Part shown: positions 7,639 through 16,989 of the stretch, in pieces
Layout of the letters: each line of letters opens with the position of its first letter
How positions within the stretch are numbered: the first letter of the stretch is position 1
Source of the DNA: Planctomycetia bacterium
GTDB taxonomy: Bacteria; Planctomycetota; Planctomycetia; Pirellulales; UBA1268
Assembly (NCBI GenBank): GCA_046339335.1
Contig: JBKDUV010000188.1
Location: forward strand, 1-43,542
Reading direction: 5' to 3'
DNA length: 43,542 bases
The notes under the pieces: model-generated
What the model was told of the DNA's origin: nothing
Seen by the model: only the letters and a program-made list of their open reading frames with translations
Database searches by the model: none
Program-made: the position numbers and the translations under genes

Positions 7639-7748
7639 GATGACGCGTGAGCACAAGCGGCGGGTCGGGCGAACAGGGTCGCCCGGCCCGCCGTCGCGCG
7701 CGGCCCGGTGATTCGCGGCCGGCGTTGAGCCGCCGGCCGCCGTCGGCG

Positions 7749-8675
7749 ATGATGACTGGCTTGCCACCTCGGACACCGCCGGCCGCCGTGAACATCGGAT
7801 ACCTGCACGCCGCGGCGGCCTTCATCCTCTGGGGCGTGCTTCCGATCTACTGGAAGCACCTCGGCGCCGTGCCTGCCGCGCAGTTGGTGGCCCATCGGGT
7901 GATCTGGTCGATCGCCGTGCTCGTGCCGGTCGTCTGGCTGACCGGCGGCGGCCGGGGCATCCGGGCGGCGTTCGCCACGCCCCGTGTCCTCGTGCGCCAG
8001 GCCATCGCGGCGGCCTTCGTCTCGGCCAACTGGCTGGGCTTCGTCTGGGCCGTGACCCACGACCGGATGATCGAGAGCAGCCTCGGATATTTTCTCAACC
8101 CGCTGCTCAGCGTGCTCCTCGGCGTGTTCGTGCTCGGAGAACGGCTGCGGCCCGCCCAGTGGCTCGCCATCGCCGTCGCCGCCGGGGGTGTCGCCTGGCT
8201 GGCGGCCCAGTACCACCACTTTCCCTGGATCGCCCTGTACCTCGCCGGAACGTTCTGCCTTTACGGCCTCGCCAAGAAGCAGACGTCGCTCGGCCCCCTC
8301 GCCTCGCTGACCGTCGAGACGCTCCTCCTGCTCCTCCCGGCCGCCGCCTTCCTCGCCGCCGAACACGTCATGGGGCGGGGCGCGTTCGGAACGCTCGGCG
8401 GACGGGACGATCTGCTCATCACCCTGTCGGGCGTGATCACCGCCGTACCGTTGCTCTGCTTCGCGTCGGCGGCCCGGCGGATCCCGCTGTCCGCCGTCGG
8501 ACTGATGCAGTACCTCGGCCCCTCGATCCAGTTCCTGCTCGGCCTATTCGTCTACGGCGAGCCCTTCGACGCCGGCAAGCTCACGGGGTTCGCCATCGTC
8601 TGGACGGCGCTGGCCATCTACGCGGCCGACGGGCTCGGCCGACTGTCGGCCGCGGTCCGCCGCAGGGCCGCATAG
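7749..8675 (+). CDS. rarD: EamA/RarD family transporter
   Basis: In-frame ATG in ORF 7647..8675. About 10 predicted TM segments. FILWGVLPIYWK, GYFLNPLLSVLLGVFVLGERL and MQYLGPSIQFLLGLFVYGE match the RarD pattern. Confidence 0.85.
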   Translation: MMTGLPPRTPPAAVNIGYLHAAAAFILWGVLPIYWKHLGAVPAAQLVAHRVIWSIAVLVPVVWLTGGGRGIRAAFATPRVLVRQAIAAAFVSANWLGFVWAVTHDRMIESSLGYFLNPLLSVLLGVFVLGERLRPAQWLAIAVAAGGVAWLAAQYHHFPWIALYLAGTFCLYGLAKKQTSLGPLASLTVETLLLLLPAAAFLAAEHVMGRGAFGTLGGRDDLLITLSGVITAVPLLCFASAARRIPLSAVGLMQYLGPSIQFLLGLFVYGEPFDAGKLTGFAIVWTALAIYAADGLGRLSAAVRRRAA

Positions 8676-8945
8676 CCCCAGTAGTCGTCCGGAGAGAGTG
8701 GTTCCTCGATCCACTTCAGGCCGTGCTCGTGTGCGGCCGCGGCGCAGCACAGTGCGGCGATGTCGCCGAGTGGACTGTCGAAGCTCACCGACGCCGCCAT
8801 GCCCAAGGCCCGCCAGCAGGGCGCACAGCCAGCGAACGGCGGCGGCCACGCCCACCCGCAGGCCGACCTCGCTCCCCAGGAGGTCGGTGACCTGGGTGGG
8901 CAGGGAGAAGACGACCCCGTAGACGCTCATCTGGATGAGCAGATA
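8618..8945 (-). pseudogene. probable remnant of an enolase-superfamily (mandelate racemase/muconate lactonizing enzyme-like) gene
   Basis: ORF 8618..8806 encodes ..DIAALCCAAAAHEHGLKWIEEPLSPDDYWGYAAL, which contains the WIEEP..PDD motif. The continuation upstream sits in a different frame (ORF 8544..8930). Only about 100 codons remain of a normally ~370-aa enzyme, and the fragment overlaps the rarD 3' end. Confidence 0.35.
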
Positions 8946-9197
8946 CTACCGGGAGGTTATTCATGACGGCTGCACCGGGTTGCGTGCGACTGATCATGGC
9001 TCGGAGTTGTCGAGCGGAGGTTTGCCGGCACCGAGGTCTTTGCCAAATCGTTGCCGACCGCGGCGCCGCCGGCATGGCCGCTGACGGTGCGATGCAGACG
9101 CACGGTCGCAAACCCGCCGCCGCCGTCCCGGTAGCAGCACGGGCAGCGGATATCGGCCCTGCACGGGTCGTGAACGTCGTCAGCAACAGGCCGGCCA

Positions 9198-11090
9198 TCA
9201 GTCCGCGATCCGCCGCAGCGCGACCTCGATCTCGCCGTCGTTGTCGGCCAGCCCCGTCCAGTCGTCGGCGCAGCGCAGGAACAGCTGCCCGTCAGCGGCG
9301 GCCACGAAGGTCTTCTCGGCACCCACGGCAAACGGCTCCTGGAGGACGAACTCCGCGTCCCGGAAGACGGCGGCCGTGAGCCGGCCGCGGCCCCCGTCGC
9401 CTCCGTCGGCCGTCACCGGTTCCCCGGCGGCGGCCGTCCGCCACGTGCCGGTCGCGGCCAGCGCGTACGTCGCCCCCCGCTCCACCCGCAGGCCGCTCCC
9501 CTGCCAGCCGGCCCGGGCCTTGATCGTGACGCCGACGCGGCCGGCACCGTCCTTGAGCGGCCGAAACCGGGCCTGCCACGGCCAGGCCGCGAGATCGGCC
9601 CGGTAGCCGTTGCCGACGGTCCGCAGAAACTGGTCGTACTCGAAGGAGATCTCGCGGGCCACGGGACCGTAGACCGACTCGAACGACACGCCGGGCCGCT
9701 CCTCCATCAGCGCGATCGCCAGGGGCCGGAAGCGGTCGTCGTAGTTGGGGTTGTTGGCGAGGAGATGGCACAGCGCCCAGCGCCAGGCGTAGTCCTGCCA
9801 CGTGCCGGCGGGCGTCTGCCCGGGGACGGCGATCTCCAAGAGCCCGCGCTTGGGATTCGCCCGCTGCAGATAGGCCATGACCGCCGGATGGATGTCGACG
9901 GCCTGCTCGCCGTCCTGCCAGTAGTTGGCCATCTCCGCAAATCCCTCCGCGAGCCACGTCGGCCCCGTCGAGCCGAACATCATGTGGCAAAAGCCGTGGG
10001 CGGATTCGTGCTGGATCACGCCATGGTCGGCGCACGAATAGAGCATCGCGCGGCGCTGGCCGCCGAGCCGGGAGTTGACACACACGCCAGCCCGCTCGCG
10101 GATCTTGGCGATCCCGGCGGGTTCGGCGATCGCGCCGGGAGGGAACGCGGAGAGGTCGTGCACGACGAAGCCCTCGACCACGCCGGCGGGCTTGCGGGCG
10201 AAATACCGTTCCAGGAGCCCCGCCATGCGTTCCAGCTTGTCGAGGATGATCTTCGCCTCACGGTCGGAGACGTCGCTGAGGAAGGCGAAGTGGGGGGAAC
10301 GGATGAGCCGCGGCTCGCGCTTCGGCTCATCCGCCAGGCCACGGTACTTGTTCTCGAGCTTCTCGTCGGGTCGTTCGCGGACCGCACCGCCGGCCGCCGA
10401 TTCGACGACGAGTTTCCGTGCCACGACGTCGCCGGTGTCGAGTCGGATCGCCTCCAGGCTCACGACTCTGGCACCGGGATCGATCCGCTTCGGATCGCTG
10501 CTTTCCAGTCGCGCGGTCGCCTCCTCCGCCACCTTGAAGGCGAAGGTCGTCTTGCGGGCGTAGGGGCGGTCCTCCGGCACCTGGACGACCAGTCGTCCCT
10601 TGCCGGCCTGCTTGATCGGTGCCACGACCATGCACCGGGCGAACTCGGCGGCAGTCGCCGGCTTCGCCGCCGGCGTGATGCCGATGGGGGCACCCGCCGC
10701 GTCGATGAGCGTGACCGCCGTCACCGCGCCGTCGGTCCGCCCCTGCCCGTTGATCAGGCCCTCGAACCGCACGACCTGTCCCGGCTTGAGCTGCGGGATG
10801 TCGAAGCCGCCGCTGATCCGCACCTCGGTCGTCATCCCCAGCAGCCGGCCGTCGGCCAGTTGCACGCCCTGCTCGTCCTTCCGCTGCAGCCGGAGATCGA
10901 GCATGTCTCCACGGTCGGTCCGCACGGTCAGGCGGCCGCTGGCAGCCGCCTCGACGATGCCGGCAGACTGGATCTGCTCGCGAACGGTCACCTGGCCGGC
11001 GGCTCCCGCAGCGAGCCCCACCGCGAGCAGCGGCACGAGGATGACTCGGAGGGCCCCCTGCGGTCCGCCGCCATGCCCGGAACGCGTCAT
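9198..11090 (-). CDS. secreted DUF1570-like putative zinc metallopeptidase (HExxH) with C-terminal beta-rich lectin-like domain
   Basis: In-frame ATG 11090 gives signal peptide MTRSGHGGGPQGALRVILVPLLAVGLAAGAAG. The motif VIQHESAHGF..GPTWLAEGFAEMANYW (HExxH plus downstream E) is present. The C-terminal ~130 aa is Gly/Ala/Thr/Trp-rich and beta-like. Confidence 0.75.
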   Translation of the reverse strand: MTRSGHGGGPQGALRVILVPLLAVGLAAGAAGQVTVREQIQSAGIVEAAASGRLTVRTDRGDMLDLRLQRKDEQGVQLADGRLLGMTTEVRISGGFDIPQLKPGQVVRFEGLINGQGRTDGAVTAVTLIDAAGAPIGITPAAKPATAAEFARCMVVAPIKQAGKGRLVVQVPEDRPYARKTTFAFKVAEEATARLESSDPKRIDPGARVVSLEAIRLDTGDVVARKLVVESAAGGAVRERPDEKLENKYRGLADEPKREPRLIRSPHFAFLSDVSDREAKIILDKLERMAGLLERYFARKPAGVVEGFVVHDLSAFPPGAIAEPAGIAKIRERAGVCVNSRLGGQRRAMLYSCADHGVIQHESAHGFCHMMFGSTGPTWLAEGFAEMANYWQDGEQAVDIHPAVMAYLQRANPKRGLLEIAVPGQTPAGTWQDYAWRWALCHLLANNPNYDDRFRPLAIALMEERPGVSFESVYGPVAREISFEYDQFLRTVGNGYRADLAAWPWQARFRPLKDGAGRVGVTIKARAGWQGSGLRVERGATYALAATGTWRTAAAGEPVTADGGDGGRGRLTAAVFRDAEFVLQEPFAVGAEKTFVAAADGQLFLRCADDWTGLADNDGEIEVALRRIAD

Positions 11091-11181
11091 CGCCAGTCCC
11101 TCGGTATCATGCCTGTCGCATCCCACCGTCACTTTTGATGCTACGCGATTCTCCCGGCCCGAGCCAGCGGCAGCCCGCGTC

Positions 11182-11649
11182 ATGAACCACTGGTTGATCA
11201 AGAGCGAGCCCGACGTGTTCTCGATCCAGGACCTCGCCCGGGCCCGCGGCCGGACGACGGGCTGGGAAGGCGTCCGCAACTACCAGGCCCGCAACCTGCT
11301 GCGCAGCATGCAGAAGGGCGATCTGGCGATCTTCTACCACTCGAACGCCGCACCGCCCGCCGCGGTCGGCATCGTCACGGTGGTGCGCGAGGCCTATCCC
11401 GATAAGAGCGCCTGGGATCCGGGGAGCGACTATCACGACCCCAAGGCGCGACCCGACAACCCAGTCTGGTCGATGGTGGACGTGAAACTCGTCGAGATCT
11501 TTCCGCGGCCGCTGCCTCTCGACGAGTTGCGCGGCACGCCGGCGCTCGAGGGCATGGAGCTTCTCCGACGCGGCAGCCGGCTCTCCGTGCAGCCGGTCAC
11601 GGCCGCCGAGTTCCGCACCCTCCAGCGGCTCGCCGCCCGCAAGGCCTGA
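11182..11649 (+). CDS. EVE (PUA-like) domain protein
   Basis: MNHWLIKSEPDVFSIQDL..WEGVRNYQARNLLRSMQKGDLAIFYHSN.. is the classic EVE/DUF55 signature. In-frame ATG within ORF 10600..11649. Confidence 0.85.
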   Translation: MNHWLIKSEPDVFSIQDLARARGRTTGWEGVRNYQARNLLRSMQKGDLAIFYHSNAAPPAAVGIVTVVREAYPDKSAWDPGSDYHDPKARPDNPVWSMVDVKLVEIFPRPLPLDELRGTPALEGMELLRRGSRLSVQPVTAAEFRTLQRLAARKA

Positions 11650-11653
11650 ACCG

Positions 11654-12895
11654 ATGCCCGAGGCCGGCCCGACCTGCCGTCGCGACGAGCCGGCCATCCC
11701 CGCAGGCCCGGGACCGGCGGCCGGCCCACTTCCCGACGCCCTCAACTGGATCGCCGGAGAGATCGACGCCCTCCGGGCGGCCGGCCTGGAGCGACCGCAC
11801 CGCGTCCGCAGCGGCCGGCAGGGCCGCATGGTGACGCTCGACGGCCGCACGCTCCTCAACTTCGGGTCGAACGACTACCTCGGCTACGCCGCCGACGTCC
11901 GTCTGGCGAAGGCGGCTGCGAAGGCGTCCTGTGCCGAGGGTTTCGGCGCCGGTGCCAGCCCGCTCGTCAGCGGCCACTCCCGGGCCCATGAAGACCTCGA
12001 GCGGAGAATCGCGGCACTCCTCGACGTCGGCGCCGCCCTCGTCTTTCCCAGCGGCTTCGCCGCCAACGCCGCCACGCTCGCGGCGCTCGCCGGCCCGGAC
12101 GACTTCATCGCCAGCGACGCCCGCAACCACGCGAGCATCATCGACGGCTGCCGGCTCGCCCGGGCCAAGGTCGGCATTTATCCGCACCGCGACATGGCGG
12201 CACTCGACCGACTGCTCGCCGCGGCGACCGGGGCGCGGCGCCGGATCGTCGTCAGCGACACGCTGTTTTCCATGGACGGGTCACGGGCACCGCTCGCCGA
12301 CCTCTGCGGCCTCGCGCGGCGCCACGCGGCGATCCTCGTCGTCGACGAAGCCCATGCGACGGGGCTGTTCGGCGCCGGCGGCAGCGGCCTCGTCGAGGAG
12401 GCGGGCTGCGCCGACGGCGTCCACGTCCGTATCGGCACGCTCTCGAAGGCGATCGGTGCCGCCGGCGGCTTCGTGGCCGGCCACCCGGACCTCGTCCACT
12501 GGCTCAGACACGCGGCCCGCGCCTGGATCTTCTCCACGGCCCACCCCCCGGCGGTCGCGGCGGCGGCGGCCCGGGGGCTCGCGCTTGTGACCGCGGAGCC
12601 CGACCGCCGGCGCGAACTCGCCGCACGGGCCGCGGACTTCCGCGGCCTGCTCGCCGCTACAGGACTCGACACCGGCACGGCGGAGGCGCAGATCGTGCCC
12701 GTGATCGTCGGCGCGGCGGACGCGGCGGTGGCGGTCGCCACGGCCCTCGCCGCCGAGGGTTTTTTCGCGCCCGCGATTCGGCCGCCGAGCGTGCCAACGG
12801 GACTGAGCCTCGTGCGGGCGAGCGTCTGCTGGCACCACACAGCGGAGGATCTCACCCGGCTGGCCGCGGCACTTGCCCGGCACGCGGGTCGCTGA
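11654..12895 (+). CDS. bioF: 8-amino-7-oxononanoate synthase
   Basis: NFGSNDYLG, SGHSRAHEDLE, DEAHATG and GTLSKAIG (PLP lysine) are the alpha-oxoamine synthase pattern. Confidence 0.85.
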   Translation: MPEAGPTCRRDEPAIPAGPGPAAGPLPDALNWIAGEIDALRAAGLERPHRVRSGRQGRMVTLDGRTLLNFGSNDYLGYAADVRLAKAAAKASCAEGFGAGASPLVSGHSRAHEDLERRIAALLDVGAALVFPSGFAANAATLAALAGPDDFIASDARNHASIIDGCRLARAKVGIYPHRDMAALDRLLAAATGARRRIVVSDTLFSMDGSRAPLADLCGLARRHAAILVVDEAHATGLFGAGGSGLVEEAGCADGVHVRIGTLSKAIGAAGGFVAGHPDLVHWLRHAARAWIFSTAHPPAVAAAAARGLALVTAEPDRRRELAARAADFRGLLAATGLDTGTAEAQIVPVIVGAADAAVAVATALAAEGFFAPAIRPPSVPTGLSLVRASVCWHHTAEDLTRLAAALARHAGR

Positions 12896-12904
12896 GCGTG
12901 GTGT

Positions 12905-12924
12905 GCGTCGCATCTGCGCGACGC
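12905..12924 (+). terminator. short hairpin after bioF
   Basis: GCGTCGC ATCTGC GCGACGC, a 7-bp stem, 10 nt after the bioF stop. No U-tract. Confidence 0.25.
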
Positions 12925-13130
12925 TCCGGGACCTGGCGGGCTTGTCGCGGCGCTGGTGAACCGCAAGGTCGCCTTGCCGGGGAACCCGGCTTCCTGCCGG
13001 GCGTGCCTTCGCGGCGGTTGGATCGCCCCACCGGGCCGCCTGGATCGCGGCCGCGCGGCACGGAGCGGGACCCGGTGCTATGATGCGCACCCTGCCCCGA
13101 CAGAGCTTTCTCTCCACACGAGCCACACGC

Positions 13131-13886
13131 ATGCGGTCGTCATTCCCGCTCGTCGCCGGCCTCGTCGCCGGATTCGCGACGCTCCTCCCGCCCCCGCTCG
13201 GTGCCGGTGAGCCGATCCCGGCACCGGCCGAGTCTCCCGAACTGCGGCCGATCTTCAACGGCCGGGATCTCGAGGGCTGGGATGGTGATCCCCGGCTCTG
13301 GTCGGTCCGCGACGGCTTGATCCGCGGCGAGACGCCCGAGGCCGCGGCCTGCAAGGGCAACACCTTCCTCATCTGGAAGGGGGGCCGAACCCGCGACTTC
13401 GAACTCCGGCTTTCCTTCCGCTGCTCAGCCAGCAACAACTCCGGCATCCAGTACCGCTCGCGGCACATCACCGCAGGCAACCCTTCCAATCCTTGGGTCG
13501 TCCGCGGCTACCAGCACGAGGTGCGCAACGAGATCCACTACCCCAGGGTGGCCGGGTTCATCTACGACGAGGGGGGCACGCGGGGCGTGATGGCCGGCGT
13601 CGGCGAGACGGTGGTCTGGAACGCGACCGGCAAGCCGACCGTCACCACGACCGGGCCCGATCAGGCCGGCTTCGAGAAGCTCTTCCGACTCGACGACTGG
13701 AACGACGTCGTCATCCTCGCCGACGGGACCCGGATCCGGCATTTCCTCAACGGCGTCCAGGTGGTCGATTTCACCGACGACGATCCCGAACTCGCCCTGC
13801 GCGACGGCGTCCTCGCCCTCCAACTCCACGGCGGCAAGCCGATGTGGGTCGAGTTCCGCGGCATCCGCTTCCGCCCGCTGCGCTGA
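13131..13886 (+). CDS. secreted DUF1080 (3-keto-disaccharide hydrolase-like) domain protein
   Basis: IFNGRDLEGWDGDPRLWSVRDGLI, NSGIQYRS, GYQHEV and LQLHGG..VEFRGIRFRPL are typical DUF1080 motifs. The signal peptide starts at MRSSFPLVAGLVAGFA. An alternative upstream ATG exists at 13080. Confidence 0.8.
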   Translation: MRSSFPLVAGLVAGFATLLPPPLGAGEPIPAPAESPELRPIFNGRDLEGWDGDPRLWSVRDGLIRGETPEAAACKGNTFLIWKGGRTRDFELRLSFRCSASNNSGIQYRSRHITAGNPSNPWVVRGYQHEVRNEIHYPRVAGFIYDEGGTRGVMAGVGETVVWNATGKPTVTTTGPDQAGFEKLFRLDDWNDVVILADGTRIRHFLNGVQVVDFTDDDPELALRDGVLALQLHGGKPMWVEFRGIRFRPLR

Positions 13887-13890
13887 CCAG

Positions 13891-15309
13891 GTGCACACGG
13901 TCCCGCCGATGCCCGCCGCGACACACGCCGACGCCGCCGCACGCTGGTGCGTGATCGGCGCCGGGCCGTCGGGGCTCACGGCGCTGAAGAACCTGCGGGC
14001 GGCAGGCATCGACGCCGAATGCCTCGAACGGGAGGCGGGCATCGGCGGCAACTGGCTCTTCGGCGCCGCCACGTCGCGGGTGTTCGCCTCGACACGGCTC
14101 ATCTCCTCGAAGACGCTCACCGCCTACGTCGACCACCCGATGCCCCGCGACTGGCCCGCCTACCCGGACCACCGCCAGTGCCTCGACTACCTGCGCGGTT
14201 ATGCCGACCGCTTCGGCCTCGCGGCCCACGTTCGCACCGGAATTGTGGTCGAGACGATCGAACCGGCCGGCGGTCCCGGACGCGGCTGGCGGGTGCACGT
14301 CGCCGGCGGGCCGCCCCGCGACTACGCCGGGGTCGTCATCGCCAGCGGCCACAACCACGAGCCGCGTCGGCCGGAGATACCGGGCGGCTTCGCAGGCACG
14401 CTCCTGCACGCCGCCGAATACAAGTCGCCCGACCGGCCGGTGTCCATCGCCGGCCGGCGGGTGCTCGTGATCGGCGGCGGCAACTCCGCCTGCGACATCG
14501 CCGTCGAGTGCTCGCGGCACGCCGCCCGCACGGTGCATTCCACGCGCCGCGGCTATCACGTGGTGCCGCGCGAGATCCGTGGCCGGCCAGCCGACCTGCG
14601 GAACGAGCGGCTCCTCAAGCTCGGCCTGCCGCTCTGGCTGCGCCGGCTCGTCAGCCTGCGGGCCATCGACCGCGAGATCGGCCTCCCCTGGCGGCACGGC
14701 CTGCCCCGGCCCGATCACCGGCTCTGGGAGTCACATCCGATCGTCAACTCCGAACTCCTCGCCCAGATCGACGCCGGGGCGATCGTGCCGGCCGGCGACG
14801 TCCGGCAGTTCGCCGGCGATACGGTGGAGTTCGCCGACGGCAGCCGCAGCCCCTTCGACGTCGTCATCTGCGCCACCGGCTACCGGACGACGTTTCCGTT
14901 CATCGACACCCGGCTTCTCGGCGCGAATTCGCCGGGAGAACTGCCCCGGCTGTTCATGAACGTCCTGCACGGGTCGCGGGACGACATCGCCGTCGTCGGC
15001 CTGATCCAGCCCGACAGCGGCCAGTGGGGCCTCACCGACCTGCAGTCACGGCTCGTGGCCCGGATGGCGGTGGCAGCGGCCCGATCGCCGCGGGCCGCGG
15101 CCTGGCTCTACGCCGCGCGGCAGCGGCCGGCACCGCAGCCCGCGATCCGCTACCTCGACTCGCCGCGGCACACTCTCGAGGTCGAGCATTTTTCCTACCA
15201 GCGCCGGCTGGAGCGGCTCATCGCCGCGCTCGACCGCCGGCTGAGACACGACTGCGACCGCCACGCGCCCGCGGGGCCAAGGGCACAAGTCGCGGGCCGC
15301 GGGCGCTGA
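13891..15309 (+). CDS. flavin-containing monooxygenase / FAD- and NAD(P)-binding oxidoreductase
   Basis: VIGAGPSGL (FAD GxGxxG), VLVIGGGNSACD (NADPH GxGxxG) and ICATGY motifs. Start is GTG 13891 or ATG 13909. Confidence 0.85.
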   Translation: MHTVPPMPAATHADAAARWCVIGAGPSGLTALKNLRAAGIDAECLEREAGIGGNWLFGAATSRVFASTRLISSKTLTAYVDHPMPRDWPAYPDHRQCLDYLRGYADRFGLAAHVRTGIVVETIEPAGGPGRGWRVHVAGGPPRDYAGVVIASGHNHEPRRPEIPGGFAGTLLHAAEYKSPDRPVSIAGRRVLVIGGGNSACDIAVECSRHAARTVHSTRRGYHVVPREIRGRPADLRNERLLKLGLPLWLRRLVSLRAIDREIGLPWRHGLPRPDHRLWESHPIVNSELLAQIDAGAIVPAGDVRQFAGDTVEFADGSRSPFDVVICATGYRTTFPFIDTRLLGANSPGELPRLFMNVLHGSRDDIAVVGLIQPDSGQWGLTDLQSRLVARMAVAAARSPRAAAWLYAARQRPAPQPAIRYLDSPRHTLEVEHFSYQRRLERLIAALDRRLRHDCDRHAPAGPRAQVAGRGR

Positions 15310-15314
15310 TGCGA

Positions 15315-15752
15315 TCACCCCGGGCCACCGCCTGGCTCGGCCGGCAAGCCCGCTGACACGTGCGTCGCCACGCCATGCGGCTCCAACTGGAAGATCTGCA
15401 CCATCGTGCCGCTGGTGAAGGCGTGGACGATCGCACCCGTCGCCGGCTCGACCACGACGGCCGCCTCCCGCACCCTGCGGCCGGTGAGCCGCTGAATCTC
15501 CTTGCGCAACTCGTCGGACGACACCGAGAACAGCGCCCGATGGTACTGCTCCACCTTGGCGGCCCCCCGTTCCGTTCGGGCGAGAATCTTCTCGGCGGGC
15601 GTCAACGCTTCGTGGAGCGTCAACACCACCGTTTCCTCGCTGGCGATCACCGTCACGGCCTTCGGCGTGTGGCCCGTCCGCTCCGCCTGCAGCGCGAGCG
15701 CGATCTGGGCCAGTTCCTGCGAGAAATCACTCGATTTGCCTTCGTCGCCCAT
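15315..15752 (-). CDS. DUF2294 domain protein
   Basis: In-frame ATG 15752 in ORF 15315..15863. The core ..TGHTPKAVTVIASEETVVLTLHEALTPAEKILARTERGAAKVEQYHRALF..LRKEIQRLTGRRV.. matches the DUF2294 pattern. Confidence 0.7.
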   Translation of the reverse strand: MGDEGKSSDFSQELAQIALALQAERTGHTPKAVTVIASEETVVLTLHEALTPAEKILARTERGAAKVEQYHRALFSVSSDELRKEIQRLTGRRVREAAVVVEPATGAIVHAFTSGTMVQIFQLEPHGVATHVSAGLPAEPGGGPG

Positions 15753-15887
15753 GAACGCGGTTCCTCCTGGCGGCCGTGACCCGATTCTCGGCGACGGCTT
15801 CGGAAGCCACTGTAGCAGCACCGCACCCGGGAGTGGCCAACTTTGTCGTCGCCTGCCGGACACGCATCCCCGGGTACGCTGGTGCGC

Positions 15888-16817
15888 TCACGCTTCCGCC
15901 GGGTCCCGTCCCCGGCTGAATACATGCGGCGTCATCCCCGTCAAGCCGCGAAACACCCGCGTGAAATGGCTCTGCGAGCAGAACCCGAGGTCGAGCGACA
16001 CTTGGGCAAGCGGCGTCCGTGCGGTTCTCAGCAGCACAAGGGCCAGACCGACACGTCGCCGATTCATGAAGCGATTGAGGCTCAAGCCGGTGGACTGGTG
16101 GAATTTCCGGGCAAAGTGGCTGGGCGACAGCCCAAAGCCACTGCTGACCTGCTCCAGCGACGCGTGGAGCGCGAGGAACGCGTCCAGGCGCTCGACGACT
16201 TGCCGCATGACGCATGGCGTGAACACGCTCCGGTCCTTTGTCCAGTCGGGCGGCCTGCCGCCGACGATGACGCTTAGCCGAATCACGATCTGCCGGGCCG
16301 CTATTTCGTCACCGATGTCTTCCGACACGTGCCGGCATCCGCTGCCTCTCGCGAGCCGCAGCAGACACGCCTGCAGCACGGCGTCCCGAAACACAGGCGT
16401 GGCATGAGCCTCGTTCACCGGACGCAGTCCGTCCGACACATGGATGTCGCGCACATCCTTGTCGGGCAGAAGGATCGCGTAGGCGTGATAGCCCGCGCTG
16501 GCGGTGATGGCCATGCGATGCGTGGTGTCGTCGCGGGGATAGAAACCGACGTCACCCACGGTCGACTGAAACAGCAGGTCGCCGGCCTGTGCGTTCCACG
16601 CGATGCGTGCATCCCCGGAAGTGGTGAGCAGGAGCCGGTGGGTGACGTACCGGTCCTCGAAGAGTGCGAAGACGCAGGGCGGCCGGATCACGATCCAATG
16701 CGCGAGCCACGAGTAGTGTGGGTACGGCGATAACGTCGCTCCGTCCATGGCCGCCCCGACGCACGTTCGGGCCGTGGTGAGCCAAACGCTCCCCCACGCC
16801 ACCTCCGGCAGAAGCAT
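15888..16817 (-). CDS. AraC family transcriptional regulator
   Basis: C-terminal double HTH ..LEQVSSGFGLSPSHFARKFHQSTGLSLNRFMNRRRV..AQVSLDLGFCSQSHFTRVFRGLTGMTP. The N-terminal ~170 aa is cupin-like. The start is uncertain (16817, 16877 or an internal Met). Confidence 0.8.
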   Translation of the reverse strand: MLLPEVAWGSVWLTTARTCVGAAMDGATLSPYPHYSWLAHWIVIRPPCVFALFEDRYVTHRLLLTTSGDARIAWNAQAGDLLFQSTVGDVGFYPRDDTTHRMAITASAGYHAYAILLPDKDVRDIHVSDGLRPVNEAHATPVFRDAVLQACLLRLARGSGCRHVSEDIGDEIAARQIVIRLSVIVGGRPPDWTKDRSVFTPCVMRQVVERLDAFLALHASLEQVSSGFGLSPSHFARKFHQSTGLSLNRFMNRRRVGLALVLLRTARTPLAQVSLDLGFCSQSHFTRVFRGLTGMTPHVFSRGRDPAEA

Positions 16818-16989
16818 AGCGGCTTTCCCGCCTCCCCGTGCGGGCCCCGGACGGGCATGACGCGCGCCTGGTGACAAAACAGCCCGGGTCCGCGCCCGTG
16901 CGGTGATAGATCACTCGCCACGACCACGGTACGGTTGTTCCCATGGCCGAGCATGATGCGTCGGCCGACCCTGCAATACGGAGGTTGCC

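Noticed and set aside
8963-9379. 138-aa + ORF with a strong-looking GGGAGG SD upstream of ATG 8963
   Set aside because: The translation becomes Arg/Pro/Ala-rich within 40 codons and runs antisense into the DUF1570-like gene. The SD-like sequence is probably fortuitous within the decayed region.
13947-15356. 469-aa + strand ORF overlapping the monooxygenase in another frame
   Set aside because: It is an off-frame read of the FMO gene. Only the 13891 frame contains the paired GxGxxG dinucleotide-binding motifs. This frame is Arg/Pro/Ala-rich.
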